From: Eledone cirrhosa
Lineage: Eukaryota
NCBI GenBank assembly: GCA_964016885.1
Contig: OZ024740.1
Coordinates: forward strand, 9,858,001-9,922,000
Length of the DNA stretch: 64,000 nucleotides
Direction of reading: 5' to 3'
Shown here: positions 15,001 to 28,600 of the stretch, piece after piece
How the letters are laid out: each line of letters opens with the position of its first letter
How positions within the stretch are numbered: position 1 is the first letter of the stretch
Translations under genes and position numbers: made by a program
The notes under the pieces: model-generated
What the model was told of the DNA's origin: nothing
Seen by the model: the letters and a program-made list of their open reading frames with translations, nothing else
The model's database searches: none

Positions 15001-18000
15001 TGCTGGTGGTAGTCGTGTGGTTGATGTGACCTCTGGTCATCTGGTTTAGGTTTGTCACCAGACTGAGAGAGGGGTGCTGGTGGTAGTCTTGTGGTTGATG
15101 TGACCACTGGTTATCTGGTTTCGGCTTGTCACCAGACTGAGAGAGGGGTGCTGGTGGTAGTCTTGTGGTTGATGTGACCACTGGTCATCTGGTTTAGGTT
15201 TGTCACCAGACTGAGAGAGGGGTGCTGGTGGTAGTCTTGTGGTTGATGTGACCACTGGTTATCTGGTTTAGGCTTGTCACCAGACTGAGAGAGGGGTGCT
15301 GGTGGTAGTCTTGTGGTTGATGTGACCACTGGTCATCTGGTTTAGGTTTGTCACCAGACTGAGAGAGGGGTGCTGGTGGTAGTCTTGTGGTTGATGTGAC
15401 CACTGGTCATCTGGTTTAAGCTTGTCACCAAACTGAGAGAGAGGTGCTGGTGGTAGTCTTGTGGTTGATGTGACCACTGGTCATCTGGTTTAAGCTTGTC
15501 ACCAGACTGAGAGTGGGGTGCTGGTGGTAGTCTTGTGGTTGATGTGACCACTGGTCATCTGGTTTAGGCTTGTCACCAGAGTGAGAGAGGTGTGCTAGTG
15601 GTAGTCTTGTGGTTGATGTGACCACTGCTCATCTGGTTTAGGCTTGTCACCAGACTGAGAGAGGGGTGCTGGTGGTTGTCTTTTGGTTGATGGGACCACT
15701 GGTCATCTGGTTTAAGCTTGTCACCAGACTGAGAGAGGGGTGCTGGTGGTAGTCTTGTGGTTGATGTGACCACTGGTCATCTTTTTTAGGCTTGTCACCA
15801 GACTGAGAGAGAAGTGCTGGTGGTAGTCTTGCTGTTGATGTGACCACTGGTCATCTGGTTTAGGTATGTTTACCAGACTGAGAGAGTGGTGCTGGTTGTA
15901 GTCTTGTGGTTGATGTGACAACTGGTCATCTGGTTTAGGTTTGTCACCATACTGAGAGAGGGGTGCTGGTGGTAGTCTTGTGGTTGATGTGACCACTGGT
16001 CAACTGGTTTAGGTTTGTCACCAGACAGAGAGAGAGGTGCTGGTGGTAGTCGTGTGGTTGATGTGACTACTGGTCATCTGGTTTAGGTATGTTTACCAGA
16101 CTGAGAAAGGGGTGCTGGTGATAGTCTTGTGGTTGATGTGACCACTGTTCATCTGGTTTAGGTTTGTCACCAGACTGAGAAAGGGGTGCTGGTGGTAGTC
16201 TTGTGGTTGACGTGGCCACTGGTCATCTGGTTTAGGCTTGTCACCAGACTGAGAGTGGGGTGCTGGTGGTAGTCTTGTGGTTGATGTGACCTCTGGTCAT
16301 CTGGTTTAGGCTTGTCACAAGACTGAGAGAGAGGTGCTGGTGGTAGTCTTCTGGTTGATGTGAACACTGGTCATCTGGTTTAGGCTTGTCACCAGAGTGA
16401 GAAAGGGGTGCTGGTGGTAGTCTTGTGGTTGATGTGACCACTGGTCATCTGGTTTAGGCTTGTCAATAGACTGAGAGTGGGGTGCTGGTGGTAGTCTTGT
16501 GGTTGATGTGACCACTGGTCATCTGGTTTAGGCTTGTCACCAGACTGAGAGAGAAGTGCTGGTGGTAGTCTTGTGGTTGATGTGACCACTGGTCATCTGG
16601 TTTAGGCTTGTCACCAGACTGAGTGAGAGGTGCTGGTGGTAGTCTTGTGGTTGATGTGACCACTGGTCATCTGGTTTAGGCTTGTCACCAGACTGAGAGA
16701 GAGGTGCTGGTGGTAGTCTTGTGCTTTATGTGACCACTGCTCATCTGGTTTAGACTTGTCACCAGACTGAGAAAGGGGTGCTGGTGGTAGTCTTGTGGTT
16801 GATGTGCCCACTGGTCATCTGGTCTAGGCTTGTCACCAGACTGAGAGAGAGGTGCTAGTGGTAGTCTTGTGGTTGATGTGACCACTGGTCATCAGGTTTA
16901 GGTTTGTCACCAGACTGAGAGAGAGGTGCTGGTGGTAGTCTTGTGGTTGATGTGACCACTGGTCATCTGGCTTAGATTTGTCACCAGACTGAGAGAGAGG
17001 TGCTAGTGGTAGTCTTGTAGTTGATGTGACCACTGGTCATCTGGTTTAGGTTTGTTACCAGACTGAGAGAGGGGTGCTGCTGGTAGTTTTGTGGTTGATC
17101 TGACCACTGGTCATCTGGTTTAGGCTTGTCACCAGAGTGAGAAAGGGGTGCTGGTGGTAGTCTTGTGGTTGATGTGACCACTGGTCATCTGGCTTAGGTT
17201 TGTCACCAGACTGAGAAAGGGGTGCTGGTGGTAGTCTTGTGGTTGATGTGACCACTGGTCATCTGGTTTAGGCTTGTCACCAGACTGAGAGAGAGGTGCT
17301 GGTGGTAGTCTTTTGGTTGATGTGACCACTGGTCATCTGGTTTAGGCTTGTCACCAAACTGAGAGAGTGGTGCTGGTGGTAGTCTTGTTGTTGATGTGAC
17401 CACTGGTCATCTGGTTTAGGTTTATTACCAGACTGAGAGAGAGAGGGGTGTTGGTGGTAGTCTTGTGGTTGATGTGACCACTGGTCATCTGGTTTAGGTT
17501 TGTCACCATACTGAGAGAGGGGTGCTGGTGGTAGTCTTGTGGTTGATGTGACCACTGGTCAACTGGTTTAGGTTTGTCACCAGACTGAGAGAGGGGTGCT
17601 GCTGGTAGTCTTGTGGTTGATGTGACCACTGGTCAACTGGTTTAGGTTTGTCACCAGACTGAGAAAGGGGTGCTGGTGATAGTCTTGTGGTTGATGTGAC
17701 CACTGTTCATCTGGTTTAGGTTTGTCACCAGACTGAGAAAGGGGTGCTGGTGGTAGTCTTGTGGTTGACGTGGCCACTGGTCATCTGGTTTAGGCTTGTC
17801 ACCAGACTGAGAGAGAGGTGCTGGTGATAGTCTTGTGGTTGATGTGACCACTGGTCATCTGGTTTAGGCTTGTCACAAGACTGAGAGAGAGGTGCTGGTG
17901 GTAGTCTTCTGGTTGATGTGAACACTGGTCATCTGGTTTAGGCTTGTCACCAGAGTGAGAAAGGGGTGCTGGTGGTAGTCTTGTGGTTGATGTGACCACT

Positions 18001-21000
18001 GGTCATCTGGTTTAGGCTTGTCAATAGACTGAGACTGGGGTGCTGGTGGTAGTCTTGTGGTTGATGTGACCACTGGTCATCTGGTTTAGGCTTGTCACCA
18101 GACTGAGAGAGAAGTGCTGGTGGTAGTCTTGTGGTTGATGTGACCACTGGTCATCTGGTTTAGGCTTGTCACCAGACTGAGTGAGAGGTGCTGGTGGTAG
18201 TCTTTTGGTTGATGTGACCACTGGTCATCTGGTTTAGGCTTGTCACCAAACTGAGAGAGTGGTGCTGGTGGTAGTCTTGTTGTTGATGTGACCACTGGTC
18301 ATCTGGTTTAGGTTTATTACCAGACTGAGAGAGAGAGGGGTGTTGGTGGTAGTCTTGTGGTTGATGTGACCACTGGTCATCAGGTTTAGGTTTGTCACCA
18401 GACTGAGGGAGAGGTGCTGGTGGTAGTCTTGTGGTTGATGTGACCACTAGTCATCTGGCTTAGGTTTGTCACCATACTGAGAGAGAGGTGCTAGTGGTAG
18501 TCTTGTGGTTGATGTGACCACTGGTCATCTGGTTTAGGTTTGTTACCAGACTGAGAGAGGGGTGCTGCTGGTAGTTTTGTGGTTGATCTGACCACTGGTC
18601 ATCTGGTTTAGGCTTGTCACCAGAGTGAGAAAGGGGTGCTGGTGGTAGTCTTGTGGTTGATGTGACCACTGGTCATCTGGTTTAGGGTTGTCACCAGACT
18701 GAGAGAGAGGTGCTGGTGGTAGTCTTGTGGTTGATGTGACCACTGGTCATCTGGTTTAGGCTTGTCACCAGGCTGAGAGAGAGGTGCTGGTGGTAGTCTT
18801 GTGGTTTATGTGACCACTGGTCATCTGGTTTAGGCTTGTCACCAGACTGAGAAAGGGGTGCTGGTGGTAGTCTTGTGGTTGATGTGACCACTGGTCATCT
18901 GGTCTAGGCTTGTCACCAGACTGAGAGAGAGGTGCTAGTGGTAGTCTTGTGGTTGTGACCTCTGGTCATCTGGTTTAGGTTTGTCACCAGACTGAGAGAG
19001 AGAAGGGGTGCTGGTGGTAGTCTTGTGGTTGATGTGACCACTGGTCATCTGGCTTAGGTTTGTCACCAGACTGAGAAAGGGGTGCTGGTGGTAGTCTTGT
19101 GGTTGATGTGACCACTGGTCATCTGGTTTAGGCTTGTCACCAGACTGAGAGAGAGGTGCTGGTGGTAGTCTTTTGGTTGATGTGACCACTGGTCATCTGG
19201 TTTAGGCTTGTCACCAAACTGAGAGAGTGGTGCTGGTGGTAGTCTTGTTGTTGATGTGACCACTGGTCATCTGGTTTAGGTTTATTACCAGACTGAGAGA
19301 GAGAGGGGTGTTGGTGGTAGTCTTGTGGTTGATGTGACCACTGGTCATCAGGTTTAGGTTTGTCACCAGACTGAGGGAGAGGTGCTGGTGGTAGTCTTGT
19401 GGTTGATGTGACCACTAGTCATCTGGCTTAGGTTTGTCACCATACTGAGAGAGAGGTGCTAGTGGTAGTCTTGTGGTTGATGTGACCACTGGTCATCTGG
19501 TTTAGGTTTGTTACCAGACTGAGAGAGGGGTGCTGCTGGTAGTCTTGTGGTTGATGTGACCACTGGTCATCTGGTTTAGCTTTGTCACCAGACTGAGAGA
19601 GAGGTGCGGGTGGTAGTCTTGTGGTTGATGTGACCACTGGTCATCTAGTCTAGGTTTGTCACCAGACTGAGAGAGAGGTGCTGGTGGTAGTCTTGCGGTT
19701 GATGTGACCACTGGTCATCTGGTTTAGGTATGTTTACCAGACTGAGAGAGGGGTGCTGGTTGTAGTCTTGTGGTTGATGTGACCACTGGTCATCTGGTTT
19801 AGGTTTGTCACCATACTGAGAGAGGGGTGCTGGTGGTAGTCTTGTGGTTGATGTGACCACTGGTCAACTGGTTTAGGTTTGTCACCAGACTGAGAAATGG
19901 GTGCTGGTGATAGTCTTGTGGTTGATGTGACCACTGGTCATCTGGTTTAGGTTTGTCACCAGACAGAGAAAGGGGTGCTGGTGGTAGTCTTGTGGTTGAC
20001 GTGACCACTGGTCATATGGTTTAGACTTGTCACCAGACTGAGAGAGAGGTGCTGGTGGTAGTCTTGTGGTTGATCTGACCACTGGTCATCTGGTTTAGGC
20101 TTGTCACCAGACTGAGAGAGAGGTGCTGGTGGTAGTCTTGTGGTTGATGTGACCACTGGTCATCTGGTTTAGGCTTGTCACCAGAGTGAGAAAGGGGTGC
20201 TGGTGGTAGTCTTGTGGTTGATGTGACCACTGGTCATCTGGTTTAGGCTTGTCACTAGACTGAGAGTGGGGTACTGGTGGTAGTCTTGTGGTTGATGTGA
20301 CCACTGGTCATCTGGTTTAGGCTTGTCACCAGACTGAGAGAGAGGTGCTGGTGGTAGTCTTGTGGTTGATGTGACCACTGGTCATCTGGTTTAGGCTTGT
20401 CACCAGACTGAGTGAGAGGTGCTGGTGGTAGTCTTGTGGTTGATGTGACCACTGGTCATCTGGTTTAGGCTTGTCACCAGACTGAGAGAGAGGTGCTGGT
20501 GGTAGTCTTGTGGTTTATGTGACCACTGGTCATCTGGTTTAGACTTGTCACCAGACTGAGAAAGGGGTGCTGGTGGTAGTCTTGTGGTTGATGTGCCCAC
20601 TGGTCATCTGGTCTAGGCTTGTCACCAGACTGAGAGAGAGGTGCTAGTGGTAGTCTTGTGGTTGATGTGACCACTGGTCATCAGGTTTAGGTTTGTCACC
20701 AGACTGAGAGAGAGGTGCTGGTGGTAGTCTTGTGGTTGATGTGACCACTGGTCATCTGGCTTAGATTTGTCACCAGACTGAGAGAGAGGTGCTAGTGGTA
20801 GTCTTGTGGTTAATGTGACCACTGGTCATCTGGTTTAGGTTTGTTACCAGACTGAGAGAGGGGTGCTGCTGGTAGTTTTGTGGTTGATGTGACCACTGGT
20901 CATCTGGTTTAGGCTTGTCACCAGACTGAGAGAGAGGTGCTGGTGGTAGTCTTGTGGTTGATGTGACCACTGGTCATCTGGTTTAGGCTTGTCACCAGAG

Positions 21001-21681
21001 TGAGAAAGGGGTGCTGGTGGTAGTCTTGTGGTTGATGTGACCACTGGTCATCTGGTTTAGGCTTGTCACTAGACTGAGAGTGGGGTACTGGTGGTAGTCT
21101 TGTGGTTGATGTGACCACTGGTCATCTGGTTTAGGCTTGTCACCAAACTGAGAGAGAGGTGCTGGTGGTAGTCTTGTGGTTGATGTGACCACTGGTCATC
21201 TGGTTTAGGCTTGTCACCAGACTGAGTGAGAGGTGCTGGTGGTAGTCTTTTGGTTGATGTGACCACTGGTCATCTGGTTTAGGCTTGTCACCAGACTGAG
21301 AGAGAGGTGCTGGTGGTAGTCTTGTGGTTTATGTGACCACTGGTCATCTGGTTTAGACTTGTCACCAGACTGAGAAAGGGGTGCTGGTGGTAGTCTTGTG
21401 GTTGATGTGCCCACTGGTCATCTGGTCTAGGCTTGTCACCAGACTGAGAGAGAAGTGCTGGTGGTAGTCTTGTGGTTGATGTGACCACTGGTCAACTGGC
21501 TTAGGTTTGTCACCAGACTGAGAGAGAGGTGCTAGTGGTAGTCTTGTGGTTGATGTGACCACTGGTCATCTGGTTTAGGCTTGTCACCAGACTGAGAGAG
21601 GTGTGCTGGTGGTAGTCTTGTGGTTGATGTGACCACTGGTCATCTGGTTTAGCTTTGTCACCAGACTGAGAGAGAGTTGCT
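1..21681. repeat. 74-bp tandem satellite, about 290 monomers, open at window start
   Basis: Monomer TGGTCATCTGGTTTAGGCTTGTCACCAGACTGAGAGAGRGGTGCTGGTGGTAGTCTTGTGGTTGATGTGACCAC; the ORF track recurs every 74 bp. Confidence 0.99.
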
Positions 21682-23110
21682 GCTACACTATAGCTACACT
21701 ATAGCTACACTATAGCTACACTATAGCTACACAACACCACAGGATAGTATAGCTACACTATAGCTCCACTATAGCTACACTATAGCTACACTATAGCTAC
21801 ACTATCGCTCTACTATATTAACACTATAGTAACACTATAGCTACACTATAGCCACACCATAGCTACACTATAGCTCCACTATAGTTACACTATAGCTCCA
21901 CCATAGCTACACTATAGCTACACTATAGCTAAACTATAGCTACACTATAGCTACACCATAGCTACACTATAGCCACACCATAGCAACCCAAGAGCTACAC
22001 TAGAGATATACTATAGCTGCACTATAGCTACACTATAGCTACACCATAGCTACACTATAGCCACACCATAGCTACACTATAGCTACACAATAGCTACACT
22101 ATAGCTACACTATAGCTACACTATAACTACACCATAGCTACACTATAGCTCCACTATATTAACACTATAGCTACACTGTAGCTACACTATAGCCACACCA
22201 TAGCTACACTATAGCTACACAATAGCTACACTATAGCTACACTATAGCTACACTATAACTACACCATAGCTACACTATAGCTCCACTATATTAACACTAT
22301 AGCTACACTGTAGCTACACTATAGCTACACTCTAGCTACACCATAGCTACATTATAGCTACACCATAGCTACACTATAGCTCCACTATAGCTACACTATA
22401 GCTACACTATAGCTACACTATAGCTACACTATAGCTACACTATAGCTACACTATAGCTACACTCTAGCTACACCATAGCTACACTATAGCTCCACTATAT
22501 TAACACTATAGCTACACAGTAGCTACACTATAGCTACACTATAGCTACACTATAGCTCCAATATAACTACACAATAGCTACACTATAGCTACACTATAGC
22601 TACACCATAGCTACACAATAGCTACACTATAGCTACACGATAGCTACACTATAGCTCCACTATATTAACACTATAGCTACACTATAGCTACACTGTAGCT
22701 ACACTATAGCTACACTATAGCTCCAATATAACTACACAATAGCTACACTATAGCTACACTATAGCTACACCATAGCTACACTATAGCTACACCATAACTA
22801 CACTATAGCTCCACTATAGCAACACTATAGCTGCACTATAGCTACACTATAGCTACACTATAGCTACACTATAGCTATATTATAGCTACACTATAGTTAC
22901 ACTATTGCTCCACCATAGCTACACTATAGCTATACTATAGCTACACTATAGTTACACTATAGCTACACTATAGTTACACTATAACTACACTATTGTTACA
23001 CTATAGCTCCACCATAGCTACACCATAGCTACACTATAGCTCCACTATAGCTACACTATAGCTACACCATAGCTACACCATAGCTACACTATAGCTACAC
23101 TATAGCTACA
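21682..23110. repeat. 11-bp minisatellite (GCTACACTATA)n
   Basis: Direct reading; about 130 units; contains the palindromes CTATAG and TAGCTA. Confidence 0.97.
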
Positions 23111-23400
23111 CTACACCACACCACACCACACCACACCACACCACACCACACTACACCACACTACAGTACAGTATACTACACCACACTACACCACACTACA
23201 CTACACCACACTACACTACACTACACCGCAGCACACTACACTACACCACACAACACTACACCACACTTAACTACACTACACCACACTACACTACACAACA
23301 CCACCTTACACTACACCACACTACACTATACTGCATTACACCACACCACACTACACCATGCTACACTACATTACACTATACTACACATTACACTACATTA
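23111..23400. repeat. Pentamer microsatellite (CACCA/CACTA)n
   Basis: Direct reading. Confidence 0.93.
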
Positions 23401-23770
23401 CGCTATATACACATATAGAAACATGTACATTGTTTGTGCAGGTGTATGCGTGACTGCATACGTGCTGACAAGTCTGTTGTATCACAACAGCTATCTATAG
23501 CTACCTACCTATGTATCAATCTTCGAACAATAAAAGCCGCAGTCACTATCTATCTATCTATCTATCTTGATAGAGTAAGGCACGCTTCACATCGGCTCCG
23601 CTATTCCATCGGGATTTACCCTTACTATTGTAAGTACCGGATAAATTTTTCAGTGCAACACGTTTGGAACACTAACCCCTGTTATTTAGGGAAACATTTT
23701 TTGCATTTACCCCCTTTTTAGGGGGTAAAATAAATATCTATTTTTGCCGAAAAATTTCTTTCTTGGCAGC

Positions 23771-25622
23771 ATGGCGGAAAAGATGGCAGACATGTCTGCC
23801 ATTAGCTCTGCCATTAGCTCTGCCACGCCCCCCAAGTCTGAAGAACAAAAAATAATTACAACAAAATTAGACAATGAAACAAACAAAGAAAATGAAAAAA
23901 ACAAATGTTAAGGAAAATGAGCAAACGGAAAACAAACAAACAGAAAATAATACAAATAACAACAGGGCAACTTTCGCCCAGAAAACAAAACAATCCATTA
24001 CATACACACCAATTGACCTAACTGCCGCCAGAGAAAAATTGGCCGAAGCAAAGAAACACATTGTTTTGGGGGAGAACGGAATGTTTTCCATTAACTCCCC
24101 CCCCCCCAGAATTCAAGAAAGAAAGAACAGAGAACACAGTTCTCTTCAGAACTATACTGAACCAGACAAGAAAGCCAGCACAGCCCAGCCAAATGGAAAT
24201 AGAGTTAGTCCTAAAAGACTATATGAAGAATATTCTCTTCATACGAAAGGACCGACTCTATGGCAGCATTTCGGTCCTAACAAGAGACAAGGAAACGGCG
24301 GAGAAGCTTTCCCTAAGCCCACTCTCATCGACAACATACAGCTTCTATCCCTCCTACATGGGTAGAAGAACACAGAGAGTAAAAGTAAAAACAATGCTGC
24401 CCACAATGGACTTCTGGTGGGCTATTGCTGGCTTCATAGACATGGGCGAAGACACAATGCTGTCAATGGGGAAGGCAACTGGAGATGCGTTCCTGGGAAT
24501 GGGCCTCGACATACTAGTCCAAATGAGGCCCGAAAGAATAGCACAAATCCCGGATCGCATCTGGCTGGATGACCTTACCCCAATAAACATAATTGTAGAG
24601 GGGAGAAGACCAGCATGCTATTTATGCATGGAAAGGGGACACGTTAAGGCTAACTGCCCGAAACGTATCCCCCAAAAAGGACTATTGCTCACACCCACCA
24701 CAAACAGTACACCAACACCACCCACCTCCAAAAATACACTAATACCACACACAGCAAACAAAATACAGACACCACCAACCACAAACACAACACAAACATC
24801 ACCACCACCAGCACCAAACACAAGCACGACACAAAAATCACCACCACCAACCACAACACAAACATCACCATCACCAACCACAAGCACGACACAAACATTA
24901 CCACCACCACCACCACCACAAAACCCATTCCAAACAAATAATAAAAAAAACAGTAACAAATCTACCCCTCCCGCAAAAAAAAACAACCACACAACACGTC
25001 CCTCCCACCTAGCGCTGAAGAGTTTCCCCCAACTTCTGAAGAAGAAGGAGGAGAAGCCTTCAGACAAGTTAAAAGAAAAAAAAGAAAACACACACCCAGC
25101 ACACCACAAATAACCCACACACAAACACCAACTCCAATCAAAAACACCCCACCCTCAACAAACAAAAATAAATCTGCGCCTCCCCTCTCCGAAACATTGA
25201 CAGCATCACAAAAAAAGACGTTGCAATACACATATATAAATAAAGAAAACAAAAAACTGGTTAAATTAATAAACAATAACCCTATGGTGCAGACCGAAGG
25301 GCCAAACTTTATCTCAACAGAGAACTTCACCCATTTAAAAATGATAAAGGTCCCTCTGGACCTTTATCGTTCCTTAAAAGAACAATTTAGACGGGACGTG
25401 AGCCCCCCCCCCTGTTTAAAACCGTTGAATCGCGTCCTCTTGAAAGATTTCCCCATAACCGCCCCTCTCCCTGACACAACTCCAAATACCCCAACCCCAC
25501 CACACACGTGTACCCCCACACCACCACAAAAGATCTCTCCACCCAACACACCTGATGCCATGGAAATTACGCAACCCGGAGAGGTAGGTGCTTTTCTTTC
25601 TTCACTTTCAACACCAAAATAG
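23771..25622 (+). pseudogene. Tx1 ORF1 (gag-like, zinc knuckle), frameshifted in this sequence
   Basis: ATG at 23771 (MAEKMADMS); frames 23874, 24061 and 25197 can be joined at A/C runs; CYLCMERGHVKANC = CX2CX4HX4C; Pro/Thr-rich linker. Confidence 0.8.
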
Positions 25623-28600
25623 ATCAATTGAGAGTTGGCTGTTTGAACGCGCGTGGCCTGGGCTCAGCTTGGAAGCAAGCAAAGCTTCTAAGTGACCTCA
25701 GGTCACAAAGTATAGATGTGATGGTTGTTTGCGAGAGTCGGATCAGCAGCGTGAGACAGCTGGCGCCCGCCTTCGATGACTTTGAGATGCACGCATCTCT
25801 CTGTCAACCCGGAGGCGGGGGGGGGGAGTTGCCGTACTGCTGGATAAACGTCTGACTCTCGACGTACTGATTGCTCACTCGGACCCGGGGGGTCGATTAC
25901 TGGTGCTGGACGTCGGAGGCGGTGAAGGCGGGGCTTTCAGACTGGTCGGTCTTTATGCTCCCTTCGGGGCGGAAAGAGCCGACTTCTTCCAGCGTCTGGA
26001 GACTTTTCTAGGAACGTCGCGTTCCCTGCTTTTAGTGGGGGACTGGAATGGAATCCTAGATGCGCGTTGGGACTATGCAGGGGCATGTCCCGATAGAGGG
26101 GGGTGTAGCAGCCTCAAGGGGTTACTCGATCGATTCGACCTGGTCGATAGATTTCGACTAGATTGTCCAACTGCGCCAACCTGGACCTGGGCAAACCGCA
26201 GTGGACAATCTAGATCGTACCTAGATAGGTTTTTGGTTAGGAGTAAGGATAGGGACGTATTTAGTTGTCCAGAACTGATCATGGTTGGCTATTCAGATCA
26301 CAAATTAGTGACCTGCGTGGTCAACCTTGATAGAACGCATAGACAGGGTCCCGGTTACTGGAAGATGAACTTGTCCTTGCCGACAAAGAAAGATTACAGA
26401 AACCGGATTAGTAGCTTAGTTAAGATGCGGTTGACGGGAGCGATCGTCAACAGTAGGTGGTGGGTATCTCTAAAGAGAGAGATTAGAGTAAGTTCGATAG
26501 GTTACAGTAAGGAACTAGCGGCGAATAGAAATAGGAAGGAAAGGGAGTTAACAGATAAACTAGAAGAGGCGATTAGGAGCGGAGACGTAGCCAGAGTGTT
26601 AGCGGCGAGAACGGCATTGAGCCAGTTCTTTGACGCGAAGCACGAAGGCTGCGTTGTCCGAAGTAAAATACGTGCTTTAGGAAACGAGGGGACCAAAGCT
26701 GTTAGCTGGGCCCGCGTGACAGAAGCCAAGAGTGGAATTAAATCCACCATTCGGTCTTTGCGAGACCAGGATGGACGGGTGATCCTTGAACCTGAGCGAA
26801 TGTGTGAGGCCTTTCAAAGGCACTTTGCTCGACTGTTCGGAGGTGGCGGGGGGCCGGACGGGGATGTGGACTTCGGTCCATACCTCGACGGTCTACCGCG
26901 TCTTTCGAGCGGCGAAGCGGAGTGCTGCGAAAGGCCAATCACAGCCACTGAAATCGGGGAAGCGCTCAGCCAATGCAGCAGACGCAAATCCCCGGGTCTC
27001 GATGGTCTACCATACGAACTTTATTTAGCTATGCCGGTCTTGTTCTCCGAACTCCTCGAGGCTGTCTATTGCAACTGGCAACAGAACGGGAGAATTCCCT
27101 GTTCTGTGACCAAGGGCGTGGTCACGCTAGTGAGGAAGGACGAGAGCAAGGGGGACGACTTAAGTAACTTTAGGCCCATAACTCTGCTGAATGCAGTTAC
27201 AGATTTTGGCCAAGGTGTTGGCGAAGAGGTTGGCGCTTGTGGTGGGTGGTTTGGTGGGAGACGCGCAGACATGCGCTATCCCGTCCAGGTCCATTCACGA
27301 CAACCTCCACCTCATGCGATACATCATAGAGAGGGTTGGCTACCAACTCGGCTTTGGTGGGGCCCTGATCAACTTGGATCAATCTAAGGCGTTCGATAGG
27401 GTCGACCATGGTTACCTGGATGCGGTGCTAGCGGCGGCGGGCTTCGGACCCGTTTTCAGGGGCTGGATTTCTGCCATGCACAGTGGCAACATCTACTCTA
27501 GGATTAAAGTAAACGGCTACCTCTCGGAGCCGTTTCAAATCACCCGATCCATCAGACAGGGGTGCCCCCTCTCCTCCCTTCTGTACGTATTGACTCTCGA
27601 GCCACTGCTGCGGAAGTTGGAGTTGCTGCGGGGCATACCCCTGGAACCGGGATTGCACAAAGCGGTCTCGGCCTATGCCGACGACGTAACAGTAATGGTG
27701 GCGGCCGCCTCGGAAATCGGGGCGATCGCCACCCTACTGGAGGAATACGAAAGGCTGACGGGGGCTAAGCTGAACCAGGACAAGTCAGTCGGTTTGCAAC
27801 TCGGAACGTGGAGGGGCAAACCGATGCCGTTAGACGGTGTCGTCGGGCGGTGGACGGAGGGCCCGGTGAAGCTGCTCGGGGTCTGGTTCGGACCGGACCT
27901 CCAGGTGGAGAAAAATTGGGGCGAGGTGACGAGCAGGGTGTTTGCGCTGACCCAGAAGTGGGCCAAGTGCAAACTATCACTGAAAGGTCGGGCGGAGGTG
28001 ACGAACGCTTACATAGCGTCCGTCATCTACTACCGCCTGACCGTCGTGCCTTTCCCCAAGGAAAAGCTCACCATCATGGAACGCATGCTCTTCCAGTTCC
28101 TCTGGAAGAAGCGGCCTCCCATGGTGAGGAGATCCATCTGCTGCCAGCACCCTTCGAAAGGAGGGCTGGGTATGCCGTGGCTGTTGATGCGTAGGCACGC
28201 ATTGAGGCTACGGCATCTACAGGTATTCCTCAACGGTCAGCCGGTGTGGGCCCCGTTTGTGAGGCGAGCCTTCCCACAGCTCGTCTCGCTCACCGAACTG
28301 CAATCCTGGGTGAAGCAAAGACCGAGAAAACTGGGCAACTGGCACACCGAGTGTGCCCAGGCGCTCACGGCTATCTGGCAAGCGGACCCGACTGTCAGTG
28401 GAGAATCCACCTCGACATTCTATAGAGGGTTGGTGGCTAGCAGGGGCGACGACACCCTTGGAGAGTCGCTAGGCATGGAGGAGGACGAACTGGCCAGCCT
28501 GTTCGGTAGAACTTTCGGCCCGGGACCCATGGACAACTTCCAGAGGTCCCTAGCCTGGCAGTGTTACCGGGGGGCTCTGCCTGTTCGAGAAAAGCTCTAC

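Noticed and set aside
244-21562. Hundreds of 66-aa MVTSTTRL ORFs
   Set aside because: Products of a 74-bp unit cycling through three frames; they overlap and show no sign of coding constraint
1-21681. CRISPR-like array or hammerhead-bearing satellite
   Set aside because: No unique spacers and no cas genes; CTGAGAG does not fit CUGANGA and there is no properly placed GAAA
1-21681. Telomeric repeat (TTAGG in each monomer)
   Set aside because: Single isolated motif per 74 bp, never tandem
25584-25622. 39-nt intron fusing ORF1 to ORF2
   Set aside because: Splicing to the AG at 25622 gives ATC AAT TGA, out of frame with ORF2, and this AG is absent in subfamily B
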